Shown here piece after piece: positions 1 through 10,435 of a stretch of 64,000 bases of DNA. The stretch spans positions 32,001 through 96,000 of the forward strand of contig CAXNJO010000009.1 of the NCBI GenBank assembly GCA_964202905.1. The letters run 5' to 3'. The notes below the pieces were generated by a model that worked only from the letters and a program-made list of their open reading frames with translations, was not told the origin of the DNA and did not search any database. Within the stretch, counting starts at the first letter, position 1. Every line of letters begins with the position of its first letter. The translations under genes were made by a program, and so were the position numbers. Source of the DNA: Polyangiales bacterium (lineage in GTDB: Bacteria > Myxococcota_A > Polyangia > Polyangiales > JADJQN01).

Positions 1-2
1 CG

Positions 3-3000
3 CTCGAGCACCTCTTCGCCCGACTCGTCGCGGACGGCGCCCACGACGAGGCCGTCGCGCTCGTGCGACACAGCGCGCCGCGCATCGCCACGCGCGAGCC
101 GATCCGCGCCCGCACGATGGTGGCGGACGCCCTCGCGCTCCGGCCCGACGACGCCGCGCTGGCGCGTCAGCTCGCCGCGGCGTTGGCAGGCGAAGGCCTG
201 CCCGATGCGGCGGCGCTGGTCCTCGCAGAGACCGCCCGCGCCGCCACGGACGCGGAGAAGGCGAGGCACCTCCGGCTCGAGGCCGCGGAGCAGGCCGAGG
301 AGTCGGGGCGCCCGGACATCGCCGCCGAGTTCCTCCTCGAGGCGCTCGACGCCGAGCCGTTCCTCGACGCGGTGCACGAAGCGGTCGCGCTCGACCTCGA
401 GCGGGCCGGCGCGACGCTCGACCTCGCGATCGTGTGCGAGCAACTCGCGCGCGACGCCGAGGACCCGGAGACGCAAGCCGGCTGGTGGCTGCGGGCGGCG
501 AACGCGCACGCCGCGCGCGCGGGGGGGTGGGAGGCGGCGCTCGACGCCCTGGTGCGGGCCGCCGAGCTTACCCCGGACGCGGCGGGGCCGGCGCAGGCCC
601 TCGCGGCGCTTGCCGCTGGCGCGCAGTCCGAGGCGCGCGTGGCCGACGCCTGCGAACGGGTCGCGCACGCGGCGCTCGCACGCGGGGCAACCACGACGTC
701 CGACTGGTTGCGCGCGCTCGTTCGGCTCGACGCGCCGCACGCCGACGCCGCGCCGCGCCTGCGCTGGGCCCTCGCGCGGCTGTGCGAGCGGGCGCCGGAC
801 GACGAAGACGCCCGCGCGCGGCTGGACGCCCTCGAAGCGGGACGCGACACGGAGCGCGTCTCCACGGCCGAGCGCGCGCTCACGGAGGCGACGCCCGCCG
901 CGCGCCCCGCCCTCGCCCGCGCCGCGGGGCTGCTCCTCGCGCGTGACCCGGCGCGCCGCGCGGAGGCGCTCGCCCGGCTCCGCGAGGCGGCAGCCGCGCT
1001 CCCCGACGACACGACGCTCGCCGAGTCGCTCGCGCGGATCGCCTGGATCGACGGCGACGACGCGACGCTCGCGCGGACCCTCGCCGCGCAGGCCGAGCAC
1101 GCGGGCAGCGCACGGGGACACGCCCTCGCACGCCTGGCGGCCGTGCAGAGCGCGCGCGGCGAGACGCAAGCGTGCGCCGACACCTGCGCGCAGCGGCTCT
1201 CGACGGATTCCGACGTCGACGAGGCCCTCGCGCGTCTCCAGCGTGCGGCGGCGCGCCTCGGCGACGCCCGCCTGGCGGAGCGCGCGCTCACCGGACGCGC
1301 CACACGCGCGACCGACGCACGCGCACGGTCGCGGGCCCTCGTCGCGCTCGCGCGCCTGCACGCCACGCGAGGCGACCACGCCGCTGCCGCCCGCCGCGCC
1401 GAGGAGGCCCTGGCCCTCGACGCCCAGTCGGCCGCAGCCGCGGCGATGCTCGTCGCCCTCGCCCACGCGCTGCCGACGGTGCGCGCGCCCGCGCTGCTCG
1501 AGGCCGCGCGCGCGGTGCTCGGGGATTCGCCGGCGCTTCTTGACGCACTGCGTCGTGCGGCGCGCGACGCCGGCGATGCCGCCGCAGCGGGTTCGGCGCT
1601 CGACACGTGGGTGCGCATCGCTCCGAACAGCGCCCGGCCCGCGCTCGCGCGCCTCGCGCACCGGGTCGCGGGCGGCGACGCGCGCGCCATCGTGGGCGCC
1701 GCGACGAACGCGCTCGCGCCGGAGTCGCTTCACGCGGCGACGGAGCACGCGCTCCTCGCGGCCCTCGAGCGCCTCGAGGCGCTCGGCGCGACGACGGAGG
1801 CCGTCTCGCTCGGGCTCCGTGCGCTCGACGCCCTCGGCGCGACGTGCGCGACGCTCCGCGCGCACGTGCTCTCGGCCGCGGCGCGCTGCGGCGATTCGAC
1901 CCTGCACGTCGCGGCGCTCGAACGCTGGGTGGGGGCGTCGCGTCGCCACGAGCGCCTCGCGCCCCTCGCCGCGCTCGCAGCAGTGCACCGTGCTGCCGGA
2001 GACGCAGCGGCCGAGAGCCGCGCGCACCTCCGCACCCTCGCCGTCTCGCTCTACGACCCGCACGCGCTCACGCGCCTCGAGGCGATCTACGCGGCGCATG
2101 GCGAGGGCGAGCGGCTCCTCGCCGTCCTCGGGCTACGACTCGAAGCCTGCGCGGACGACGACGCGCGACGACACCTCCTCCGCGACCTCGCGGCGGCTGC
2201 CGCGCATGTGGCGCAGGACCCAACGCGGGCTGCGCGGTTCGTCGATGCGCTGCTCCAACTCGCCGGCGGCGACACGGACGCGATCCGGCAAGCCGCGGGC
2301 GCCCTCGTCACGCTCGGCCAGCCCGAGGCGGCGGTCGAGCGCCTGCTCGCGCGCGCCGCGGAGGCGCCTCCCCGCGAGGCCGCCGTCCTGTGCGCGCACG
2401 CCGCGTCGATCGCCGAACAGGAAGCGCACGACCCGCGCCTGGCCCTGAGCGCCACCGCGCGCGGCCTCGAGCGGGCGCCGTCGAGCGCGCCGCTGCTGCT
2501 CGCGTTCGAGCGGCTCGCGATCGGGTTGCGCGACGTCGCGGAAGGCCGCCGCACGTACCGCGCCCTCGCCGACGCGGCGATGGGGCCGCACGGTCGGCGC
2601 GCCGTGCTCTACCGCGCCGCGCGCTTTCACGAGCGCTGCGACGACCCCGAGGGCGCGCTCGACGCGTTCGTCGAGGCCTTCGACCATGCGCCCTCGGCGG
2701 GCGTGGTCTTCCGCGCGATCGAGCGTCTGGCGGAGGCGACCGGGCGACTCGAGCCCCTCGCCCACGCGCTGCTCGCGCTCGCCGCGCGGGCGCGGCACGT
2801 CGATGGCCGGGTCGCGTTCGCCGTGCGCGCCGCAGAGCTGCTCGAGACGCGCATCGATGACCCGACGCGCGCCTTCGCCGCGCTGCGCAGCGCGTGGGAG
2901 GCTTCCAACGCGCGCGAGGACGAGGCGCGCGCCCGCGGGCTGCTCGGCCGGTTCGCCGCGCGCGATGCGGAGGCCGCGCGTCGTGCGGGCGACGGGTGGC

Positions 3001-4508
3001 TCGCCGCACTCCGGGCCCGCGTCGATCGCGCGTGGGACGCCGGGGAGCGCGCGGTGTGGCTCGCGCGTGCCGCGCTCGTCGAGGCCGAGGCGCTCCGCGA
3101 TCCGGCGCGCGCCGCGGCGCTGCTCGACGAGGCCGCGCGCGCGGACCGCGAGGCCGATCCCGATCCCGAATCGAGGATCCCCTACCTCTGCGACCGCGCC
3201 GAGGCCCTGCACGCGCTCCCCGGGGGCCACGAAGAAGCCATCGAATGCATCGAGTCAGCCTCGAGCGCGGACCTCGCGCACCCGCGGGTGCGCACCCTCG
3301 CCGCACGGCTGGGGGTCGTGTTGCCCGAGATCGGCACCGCGGCACCTGCGGCGCTCGACGAGCTGTCGTTCGCCGGTCTCATCGACGATCTCGAGCCTTC
3401 CACGCCTCCGGTCAGCGCCTCTGCGCCCGCGCCGGAAGCGCCGGCCGACCCCGAGGTTCGCCCCGCCTCCACGGCCCCCGCGTGGTCGGTCACGCTCCCC
3501 ACCCCGACCGGGCTCCACGAGGCGGCGCACCGGCTCCGCACGCAACTCCGCGACGATCCAGCGCGCATCGACGCACTCCGCGCCCTCCATGCGCTCGCAC
3601 GCGAGCGCGGCGCGCAGGCCGAGACGCGCGTCACCGCGTGGCTGCTCTCCTTGTTCGATCCGACGATGGACGCCCCGGAGCCGGTGCCGCTCGAGGGCGC
3701 GATCGAGCCGGAGCTGCTCGACGTCACCCAGCGCGATCCGGCGCACGCGGCGCGGCTGACGATCGTTCAATCGGTCTGGGAACACGGCGCCCAGCGCACG
3801 TTCCGGCGCTCCCTCCAGTCCCTCGGCACGCTCGGCACCGACCGCGTCCCGCCCGGCGCCCACACGCCGCTCGCGCGCGCCTTCGACGCGGCCTCCCGCA
3901 CGCTCGCACGCACGAACACGCCGCTGTACCAGCGCCAGTCCGGCGGCGCCGAACTGATCGTCGCAGCCACGACGCCGCCCGCGATCATCGTCGGCCCCGC
4001 GTTCGACGGGCCCGACGCGGAGCTGCAGTTCCGGCTCGGTCACGCGCTCGAGTTGGCCCGCCCGGGACATCTGATCATCGGCGCCCTCGAGCCCGCCGAG
4101 ACCCGCGTCGTGCTCGAGGCGACGCTCACCGCGTTCGGTCCCGCAGACGCGAGCCACGGCGCCTCCCGCGAGGCCGCGGCGCTCGCCGCCGAGTTCTGGC
4201 GCGTCATGCCGCCCGTCCATCAACGCGCGGTGCGCGAGGCGGTCGCCGCGCTCGACGCCCCTCTCACCGAGGCGTCGCTGCGCACCGAGATCCTCGACGC
4301 CGCGGCGCGCGCCGGGCTCCTCGCCGCGGGCGATCTGCGCATCGCGGCGCTCGCCCTTTGCGCGGGCGACCCCGGCCTCGCGCCACACGCTCTCGAAACC
4401 GAGGCGGGCTACAGGGCGGCTGTGACGGGCTCGCCGAGCCTGGCCGCGCTCATAGGCTTCGCCCTCTCGGACGCGTTCCTCGTCACGCTCGCGCGCGCGG
4501 GCGCGTGA
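3..4508 (+). CDS. Giant Ala-rich TPR/alpha-solenoid protein of myxobacterial type; 5'-truncated by the window edge
   Basis: The frame is open from position 3 (LEHLFARL...) to TGA at 4506-4508. Repeated TPR-like helical units (e.g. ALDALVRAAELTPD, AEEALALDAQS, LRTLAVSLYDPHAL), a Pro-rich linker at ~3390-3510 and a globular C-terminal domain. Confidence 0.7.
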   Translation, partial: LEHLFARLVADGAHDEAVALVRHSAPRIATREPIRARTMVADALALRPDDAALARQLAAALAGEGLPDAAALVLAETARAATDAEKARHLRLEAAEQAEESGRPDIAAEFLLEALDAEPFLDAVHEAVALDLERAGATLDLAIVCEQLARDAEDPETQAGWWLRAANAHAARAGGWEAALDALVRAAELTPDAAGPAQALAALAAGAQSEARVADACERVAHAALARGATTTSDWLRALVRLDAPHADAAPRLRWALARLCERAPDDEDARARLDALEAGRDTERVSTAERALTEATPAARPALARAAGLLLARDPARRAEALARLREAAAALPDDTTLAESLARIAWIDGDDATLARTLAAQAEHAGSARGHALARLAAVQSARGETQACADTCAQRLSTDSDVDEALARLQRAAARLGDARLAERALTGRATRATDARARSRALVALARLHATRGDHAAAARRAEEALALDAQSAAAAAMLVALAHALPTVRAPALLEAARAVLGDSPALLDALRRAARDAGDAAAAGSALDTWVRIAPNSARPALARLAHRVAGGDARAIVGAATNALAPESLHAATEHALLAALERLEALGATTEAVSLGLRALDALGATCATLRAHVLSAAARCGDSTLHVAALERWVGASRRHERLAPLAALAAVHRAAGDAAAESRAHLRTLAVSLYDPHALTRLEAIYAAHGEGERLLAVLGLRLEACADDDARRHLLRDLAAAAAHVAQDPTRAARFVDALLQLAGGDTDAIRQAAGALVTLGQPEAAVERLLARAAEAPPREAAVLCAHAASIAEQEAHDPRLALSATARGLERAPSSAPLLLAFERLAIGLRDVAEGRRTYRALADAAMGPHGRRAVLYRAARFHERCDDPEGALDAFVEAFDHAPSAGVVFRAIERLAEATGRLEPLAHALLALAARARHVDGRVAFAVRAAELLETRIDDPTRAFAALRSAWEASNAREDEARARGLLGRFAARDAEAARRAGDGWLAALRARVDRAWDAGERAVWLARAALVEAEALRDPARAAALLDEAARADREADPDPESRIPYLCDRAEALHALPGGHEEAIECIESASSADLAHPRVRTLAARLGVVLPEIGTAAPAALDELSFAGLIDDLEPSTPPVSASAPAPEAPADPEVRPASTAPAWSVTLPTPTGLHEAAHRLRTQLRDDPARIDALRALHALARERGAQAETRVTAWLLSLFDPTMDAPEPVPLEGAIEPELLDVTQRDPAHAARLTIVQSVWEHGAQRTFRRSLQSLGTLGTDRVPPGAHTPLARAFDAASRTLARTNTPLYQRQSGGAELIVAATTPPAIIVGPAFDGPDAELQFRLGHALELARPGHLIIGALEPAETRVVLEATLTAFGPADASHGASREAAALAAEFWRVMPPVHQRAVREAVAALDAPLTEASLRTEILDAAARAGLLAAGDLRIAALALCAGDPGLAPHALETEAGYRAAVTGSPSLAALIGFALSDAFLVTLARAGA

Positions 4509-4562
4509 ACCTGCGATGCCGTGTAGCCGCCCTCCGGCACCGCTCGGTCGGCGCGTGACCGC

Positions 4563-5222
4563 TCAGGGAGCGCCGCAGGTGCTGGGGGCGTAGCGGTAGG
4601 CGTCCTGCCCGACGAAGCACTGCGACTCGAACATCGTCCCGCACGGGGCGGCGAGACAGCCCGTGCACACCTCGACCGGCCAACTCCAGGGGTTCGCGTC
4701 GATCACGGACCCGCCCGTCGTGCGTCCGAAGAACGTGAGGCGCGCGACGATGGTCGTCGTCCCCCCGCCAAGCGCGCCCGCGAGCTCGGTCGCGACCGAC
4801 GCGGGGATCGCCTCGACCAGCGAGGTCCCGACGCCGGGGGCCACGCCAAGCGCAGGCGGGACGAACGCGCTCGCCGCGACGGTGAACGACGAGGTCGTGA
4901 TCGGCAGCGCCGAGCCATCCTGCGCCGTGAGCTCGACCACGGCGCCCTCGATCTGGATCGCGTTCGGCTCGACAGCGGGCGTGGCCGGACGGAGCGGCGC
5001 GCGCGCGACGAGCCAGGAGTTGAAGAGCGGCGCCACGTAATAACCGTGTGGGAACGCGACGTCGTACACGCCGCGCGCGACGAATGCACCGCCCCCTGGC
5101 GCGAAGAGACACATCTCGTCGGCCTGCACGTTCCCGGTGACGACGAGGCCCGGGTTGTCGTCCGCGCAACCCGAGAGGGCGCCGGCAGCAGCAGCGAGAA
5201 CGGCGATGAGCACACGACGCAT
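4563..5222 (-). CDS. Lipoprotein of unknown function with a Cys-rich C-terminus
   Basis: GGAGGAG Shine-Dalgarno before the ATG at 5222; signal MRRVLIAVLAAAAGALSG-C (lipobox); C-terminal VCTGCL...C...CFVGQD. Confidence 0.75.
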   Translation of the reverse strand: MRRVLIAVLAAAAGALSGCADDNPGLVVTGNVQADEMCLFAPGGGAFVARGVYDVAFPHGYYVAPLFNSWLVARAPLRPATPAVEPNAIQIEGAVVELTAQDGSALPITTSSFTVAASAFVPPALGVAPGVGTSLVEAIPASVATELAGALGGGTTTIVARLTFFGRTTGGSVIDANPWSWPVEVCTGCLAAPCGTMFESQCFVGQDAYRYAPSTCGAP

Positions 5223-5254
5223 ACGGCTCCTCCAAGCGGGAATCACGAAAGCGG

Positions 5255-5283
5255 AGCCTAACCGTGCGCGCACGAGAATCCAA
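5255..5283 (-). promoter_or_regulatory. Putative sigma70 promoter for the 4563-5222 lipoprotein
   Basis: Minus strand TTGGAT-N17-TAGGCT in the intergenic gap, upstream of the SD. Confidence 0.4.
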
Positions 5284-5285
5284 AT

Positions 5286-6869
5286 TCACGGCCGACAGAG
5301 TCTCTCGACGTCCGTCGGCGCGAGCGGCACGACACGGACGTCCCCGGGCGCGGCAGGCGCGAGGAAGCGCACCTTCCCGCCCGAGCGCTTCTTGTCGGCG
5401 CCGAGCCAGCCCCACGTCGTCGGCGCGAGGTGGGCGTCGAGATCCGTCGGGAGCCGGAGCGCGCCGAGCAGCGACGTGATGCGCGCGCCGAGCGACGCGT
5501 CGGCGAGCCCGAGCCGGACGGAGACGCGCGCGGCAGCGACGAGACCGAGCGCGACGGCCTCGCCGTGCCGGAGCGCGTAGCCGCTCTGCGCCTCGAGCGC
5601 GTGCCCGACGGTGTGCCCGAGGTTCAACAGGATCCGCGTCCCGCGCGTCTCGAGCTCATCCTCGGCGACGACGTCGGCCTTGAGTCCGATGGCCATCCGG
5701 ATCGCCCGCTCGGTCGCGTCCGGAACGCCCGCGAGGAGGTCCATCGCGTCGCGCTCGAGGGCAGCGAGCGCGGCTTCGCCCGAGAGAAGCGCGCACTTCA
5801 CGACCTCTCCGAGCCCCGCGCGGCGCTCCGCGGACGGCAGCGTCGCGAGCAGCCCCACGTCGCAGAGCACGAAGCGCGGCTGGTGAAAGGTCCCGACGAG
5901 GTTCTTGCCCTCCGGCCGATCGATGCCGGTCTTGCCGCCGACCGAGCTGTCCACCATCGCGAGCAGCGTCGAGGGCACCTGCGCAAAGGCGACGCCGCGG
6001 AGCAGCGTCGAGGCTGCGAACCCGGCGACGTCCCCGATCGCCCCCCCGCCGAGCGCGACGACCATCGCGTCCCGGTCGACACCGGCGCCGAGCGCGGCGT
6101 CCCAGATCCGAGCCGCGCCCGCGAGCGTCTTGGCAGCCTCACCGCGTGGCAGCGTCACGGGCACGACGTCGAGGCCGGCGAGCGCGAGAGCGTCGCGCAA
6201 CGGCCCGCCCCATTGCGCACCGACGACCTCATCCGTCACGAGCACGCAGGCCCCGCGCGCGTGCGCCCGGATCCGCTCGGCGAGCGCGTGCCGCGCTCCG
6301 TCACCGACCTCGATGCGATACGTCCGCGCCCCGAGCGCGACCACGACCCCCGCGTTCGACACCAGCGCGACGACGCGCGCTGCGACCTCCGCCGGCGTGA
6401 GCGCCGCGGTGTCGATCACCCCGTGGCACTCCGCGTACGCGTCGTGACGGGCCTCGCGCAGCGCCGCGAGCGCGAGCGTCGCGTCGCGCCCCGCCAGCAA
6501 CGGACGCGTCCGCGCGTCCCCGATCCGGCCCGCCAACACGTCCGCTGGCGCGTCGAGCGTGACGAGCACCGCGTCCCTGAGCCGCGCGCGACGCAGCGCG
6601 CGCGACGTCACCGCGCCGCCCCCGAGCGCGATGGCCGCGCCGGTCTCCGCCGTCTCCGCGACGAGCGCGTCGAGCACCTCGGCCTCGACTACGCGGAACG
6701 CGTCCTCCCCATGGTCCGCGAAGATCCCAGCGACGCTGCCGCCGACGCGCGCCTCGATCTCCGCGTCGAGATCACGCACCGGGACGTCGAGCGCCGCGGC
6801 CACCAGCCCGGCCACCGTGGACTTCCCACTCCCCATGGGCCCCGAGAGCAGCACACGCGGGCGCGCCAT
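5286..6869 (-). CDS. aroKB: Bifunctional shikimate kinase / 3-dehydroquinate synthase
   Basis: N-terminal GPMGSGKST Walker A and GEDAFRVVE (AroK). Then GGGAIGDVAGF, PSTLLAMVDSSVGGKTG and LNLGHTVGHALE (AroB). The ATG overlaps the aroC stop (TGATG). Confidence 0.95.
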   Translation of the reverse strand: MARPRVLLSGPMGSGKSTVAGLVAAALDVPVRDLDAEIEARVGGSVAGIFADHGEDAFRVVEAEVLDALVAETAETGAAIALGGGAVTSRALRRARLRDAVLVTLDAPADVLAGRIGDARTRPLLAGRDATLALAALREARHDAYAECHGVIDTAALTPAEVAARVVALVSNAGVVVALGARTYRIEVGDGARHALAERIRAHARGACVLVTDEVVGAQWGGPLRDALALAGLDVVPVTLPRGEAAKTLAGAARIWDAALGAGVDRDAMVVALGGGAIGDVAGFAASTLLRGVAFAQVPSTLLAMVDSSVGGKTGIDRPEGKNLVGTFHQPRFVLCDVGLLATLPSAERRAGLGEVVKCALLSGEAALAALERDAMDLLAGVPDATERAIRMAIGLKADVVAEDELETRGTRILLNLGHTVGHALEAQSGYALRHGEAVALGLVAAARVSVRLGLADASLGARITSLLGALRLPTDLDAHLAPTTWGWLGADKKRSGGKVRFLAPAAPGDVRVVPLAPTDVERLCRP

Positions 6870-8041
6870 CAGTAGGTCCTCGTGTGCTCGCGCCAGGCGG
6901 CGAGGCGCGCGACGATCTCCCCGAGCGAGTCGCCGCCGAACTTCTCGAGCAGCGCATCCACGAGCGTGATGCACACCATCGCCTCGCCGACGACGCTCGC
7001 CGCCGCGACCGCGCAGATGTCGCTCCGCTCCGTCGCGGCCGTCGTCGGCGCCTTCGTGCGCACGTCCACGGTGTCGAGCGCGGCGCGCAACGTCGCGATC
7101 GGCTTCATCGCCGCCCGGCACACGAGTGCCTCACCATTCGAGATGCCGCCCTCGAGGCCGCCCGCGCCGTTCCGCGACCGCGCGAACCGCCCCCCGCCGA
7201 CGCCATCGCTCTCCCACGCGATCGGGTCGTGCACCTCGGAGCCGGGCACGCGCGCCGCCGCGAACCCCATCCCGAGCTCGACCCCCTTGATCGCGGGGAT
7301 CGACATGAGCGCCTGCGCGAGGCGCCCATCGAGTTTGCGATCCCACTGCACGTGCGCGCCGAGGCCGACGGGCACGCCGAGCGCGACGACCTCGAACACG
7401 CCGCCGAGCGTGTCGCCGCGGTGCGACGCCGCGTGGATCGCCGCGCGCATCCGCGCCGACGCCTCCGCATCGGCGCAGCGGAGGTCATCGTCCGCGGCGG
7501 CCGCGCGCACGGCGTCCCATCCCGCGGGGCGCTCTGACGCCTCCACATCGCCGATCGAGAGCACGTGTGCGAACACGGTGATCCCGCACTCGGCGAGCAG
7601 ACGCCGACACACGGCGCCCACCGCCACGCGCATCGCGGTCTCGCGGGCGCTCGCGCGCTCGAGCACATCCCGCAGGTCGGCGCGGTCGTACTTGATGCCG
7701 CCGGCGAGGTCCGCGTGCCCCGGACGCGCGCGGGTGAGCGGCTCGGGGACGTCGGCGAACGGCGCAGGCCCCATGCGCCCCTGCCAACTCGCGAAATCGC
7801 GGTTCTCGACGAGCATCGCGATGGGTCCGCCGAGGGTCTCGCCACCGCGGACGCCGCCCTGCAACACCACGCGGTCCTGCTCGATCTTCATCCGTCCGCC
7901 GCGCCCGTAACCGCGCTGACGTCGCGCGAGATCCGCGTCCACGTGCTCCGCGAGGAGCCGCAACCCCGCGGGGATCCCCTCCACGATCGCGACGAGCCCG
8001 GGCCCGTGCGACTCACCCGCCGTCATCCACCGGATCCGCAT
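6869..8041 (-). CDS. aroC: Chorismate synthase
   Basis: [34 protein letters not shown] and MKPIATL motifs. Confidence 0.97.
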   Translation of the reverse strand: MRIRWMTAGESHGPGLVAIVEGIPAGLRLLAEHVDADLARRQRGYGRGGRMKIEQDRVVLQGGVRGGETLGGPIAMLVENRDFASWQGRMGPAPFADVPEPLTRARPGHADLAGGIKYDRADLRDVLERASARETAMRVAVGAVCRRLLAECGITVFAHVLSIGDVEASERPAGWDAVRAAAADDDLRCADAEASARMRAAIHAASHRGDTLGGVFEVVALGVPVGLGAHVQWDRKLDGRLAQALMSIPAIKGVELGMGFAAARVPGSEVHDPIAWESDGVGGGRFARSRNGAGGLEGGISNGEALVCRAAMKPIATLRAALDTVDVRTKAPTTAATERSDICAVAAASVVGEAMVCITLVDALLEKFGGDSLGEIVARLAAWREHTRTY

Positions 8042-8094
8042 CGCGCGTTCCTATAGCGCACCGCGCCCGAACGAACGACGCAAGGTCCCCGACA

Positions 8095-8129
8095 CGACGA
8101 AGGGGGAGGCTCGCGCCTCCCCCTCGTCG
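8095..8129 (-). terminator. GC-rich hairpin, probable intrinsic terminator after pilQ
   Basis: Perfect 10-bp stem AGGGGGAGGC-tcgc-GCCTCCCCCT (8101-8124), extended by CGACG/CGTCG, ~30 nt past the pilQ stop. The U-tract is weak. Confidence 0.6.
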
Positions 8130-8157
8130 ATCACGCCCATCGTCGCGCCGACTGGCG

Positions 8158-10347
8158 CTACTGCACCGTCGACTCGGCGCGGTTCACGATGCGCGGCGTC
8201 AAGAAGATCAGCAGCTCGCTGCGCTCGTCCCGGACGCGGCGCCGCTGGAACAGCAGGCCGAGGATCGGGATGTCGCCGAGCACGGGGATCTGGTCGCGGT
8301 TGCGGCCCGCGGTGCGCGTGTAGATGCCGCCGATGACGGCCGTGTGCCCGTCCTCGACGAGCAGCTCCGTCTCCGCCTCGCGCTTGAGGATGGTGGGGTC
8401 GCCTCGGACCGAGGTGCGCGAGAAATCGGGCTCGTCGCGCGTGATCTTCACGTGCATCGAGACCGAGCCGTCGCTCGTGACGTGCGGGCGCACGCGGAGT
8501 TCGAGTTTCGCTTCCTGGAAGGCGGTCTGCACGCCCTGCGCGCTCACCTGCGAGTACGGGATCAGGGTCCCCTGCGCGATGTGCGCCTCGTGGTTGTCGA
8601 GCGTCAGGATCCGCGGACTCGACACGATGCGCAGGTTTCCGTTCGCCTCGGCCGCCGAGAGGCGGACGGCGAGGTTCACGTTGCCCCCCACCGATCCGAG
8701 CGAGACGCCGATGGCGCCACCCGCGCCGGCACCGACCGCCGCCGGCAGGTTCACGGCGAAGTTCGAGGGCAGGATGGGCGCACCGGTGAAGGGCGAGAGA
8801 CCCGCCGTCTGCGTCTGGGCATCGTAGGCACCGCCCGCGACGCCGATCGTCGACGGGAACGTGAGCCCCGTCGGGTTGCCCGTGGAGGCGCCCGCCGTGA
8901 CGTCACCGCCCCACTGGATGCCGACGTCGCGGAGGTACTGGCTCGTCGCCTCGACGATGCGCGCCTCGACGAGCACCTGCGGGGTCTGCGTGTCGAGCGT
9001 GCGCACGAGCTCCTCGACGTCGTCGAGGTTCTCGACGATGTCGCGGACGATGAGCACGTTCGTGCGCTCGTCGACCGAGACGTTGCCGCGTGACGAGAGC
9101 AGGTCGCGGACGCGCGGCTGGAGATTGGTCGCGCTCGCGTAGCTCACCGGGACGATCCGCGTCTCGAGCGGCGCGAGATCGACGTTCTGCTTGCGACGGG
9201 CGAGCGCGAGCTCGCGCTCCTTCTCGAGCGTCGTCAGCAACGCGACGCGGATGAGGTTGCCGCGGCGCACCATGCCGAGCCCCTTGGCCTGGAGGATGAC
9301 GTCGAGCGCCTGATCCCAGGGGACGTTGCGCATCCGGATCGTGACCGACCCCGCGACGTCGTCGCTCGTGATGATGTTGACACCGCCGACCTCCGCGAGG
9401 AGCCGCAGGATGTTGTGGATGTCTGCGTCCTTGAAGTCGAGATCGATGCGACGCCCCGAGAAGCGCTGCCCGCCGCGCACATCGCGGACCTGCAGCGCGA
9501 CGTCGCTGAGGAACCCAGCGACCTCGGCCGTGTCGCCCTCTCCCTCGTCCGCTGCGTCGTCCGACACGCGCTCGCGCGCCACCGTGCGCGAACGCGTCCG
9601 GCGCTCGGCGTGCGGGTCCGCCGCGAAGAGCCACACGACGCGGTTGCCCTCGCGGATCGCGGTCGCCGTCGCGCCCGCCTGCTGGTCGGCGTCGAGGATC
9701 ACGCGCCCGGCGCCGCGCGAGATGCGCAGCCCGCGCAGCGCGCTCGCCGCATCGCCGCTCAGCTGCGCGGGGACGTCCTCGGAGAGCGACGCGCCGGGCA
9801 ACTCGAGACGCGCGCGACCGTGGCCGGTCGGCACGACGCGGAAGTCCGAGGGCCGGTCGAGCTGCACGATCACCCGCTCGCGCCCGTCGCGGCGCTCGAT
9901 CGAGACGCCTCGTACGGTGCTCGGGCCGCTCACCGCCGGGCTCTCGCCCTCGGCCGCGACCGCCTCGAGGGGCTCGAAGGACACGATGATGCGCCCGCGC
10001 TCGACCCGCGCCCGGTACGCGGCGGGGCGCGCGAGGGCGACCTCGATCCGCACGCCGCGCGCCGTCGTGCTCGCGGTCGTCCGCGCGACGAGCGGGCTCG
10101 AGCCGGCGACGCTCGCCCCGTCGGGGAGCGAGGCGCCGCTCACGTCGAGCACGACGGTCAGCCCGCCGTCCCGAGCACGCACCGCGTAGGACGGCTCCTC
10201 GAAATCGCCGCGAACGACGAGCTCCGCGTGCCCGTCGCCGGACTCGAGGGCGACTCCCACTGCCATTCTCTCGGGGCTCTGAGCGTGGGCCGTAGCCGCA
10301 AGGCCGAGCATGACGCCGAGCGCCAAGCGGCCAATTCGATCGCGCAT
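8158..10347 (-). CDS. pilQ: Type IV pilus secretin PilQ with N-terminal AMIN-like domains
   Basis: AGGAG SD 7 nt before the ATG at 10347; signal peptide ending AHA-Q; IDLDFKDADIHNILRLLA, VPWDQALD, QVLVEARIVEA, IPVLGDIPILGLLF and ELLIFLTPRI secretin motifs. Confidence 0.95.
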   Translation of the reverse strand: MRDRIGRLALGVMLGLAATAHAQSPERMAVGVALESGDGHAELVVRGDFEEPSYAVRARDGGLTVVLDVSGASLPDGASVAGSSPLVARTTASTTARGVRIEVALARPAAYRARVERGRIIVSFEPLEAVAAEGESPAVSGPSTVRGVSIERRDGRERVIVQLDRPSDFRVVPTGHGRARLELPGASLSEDVPAQLSGDAASALRGLRISRGAGRVILDADQQAGATATAIREGNRVVWLFAADPHAERRTRSRTVARERVSDDAADEGEGDTAEVAGFLSDVALQVRDVRGGQRFSGRRIDLDFKDADIHNILRLLAEVGGVNIITSDDVAGSVTIRMRNVPWDQALDVILQAKGLGMVRRGNLIRVALLTTLEKERELALARRKQNVDLAPLETRIVPVSYASATNLQPRVRDLLSSRGNVSVDERTNVLIVRDIVENLDDVEELVRTLDTQTPQVLVEARIVEATSQYLRDVGIQWGGDVTAGASTGNPTGLTFPSTIGVAGGAYDAQTQTAGLSPFTGAPILPSNFAVNLPAAVGAGAGGAIGVSLGSVGGNVNLAVRLSAAEANGNLRIVSSPRILTLDNHEAHIAQGTLIPYSQVSAQGVQTAFQEAKLELRVRPHVTSDGSVSMHVKITRDEPDFSRTSVRGDPTILKREAETELLVEDGHTAVIGGIYTRTAGRNRDQIPVLGDIPILGLLFQRRRVRDERSELLIFLTPRIVNRAESTVQ

Positions 10348-10435
10348 GTTCATCTCCTGGTCAACTGCTTCGGGGCCATCATCGACCGGCTCTCGGCGTG
10401 GACGCAAAAAAGCGGTTCGTGGTACCCCGTCGCCC

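Noticed and set aside
5286..6869. AroK-AroB fusion as a novelty
   Set aside because: Bifunctional AroKB proteins and pilQ-aroK-aroB linkage are well known.
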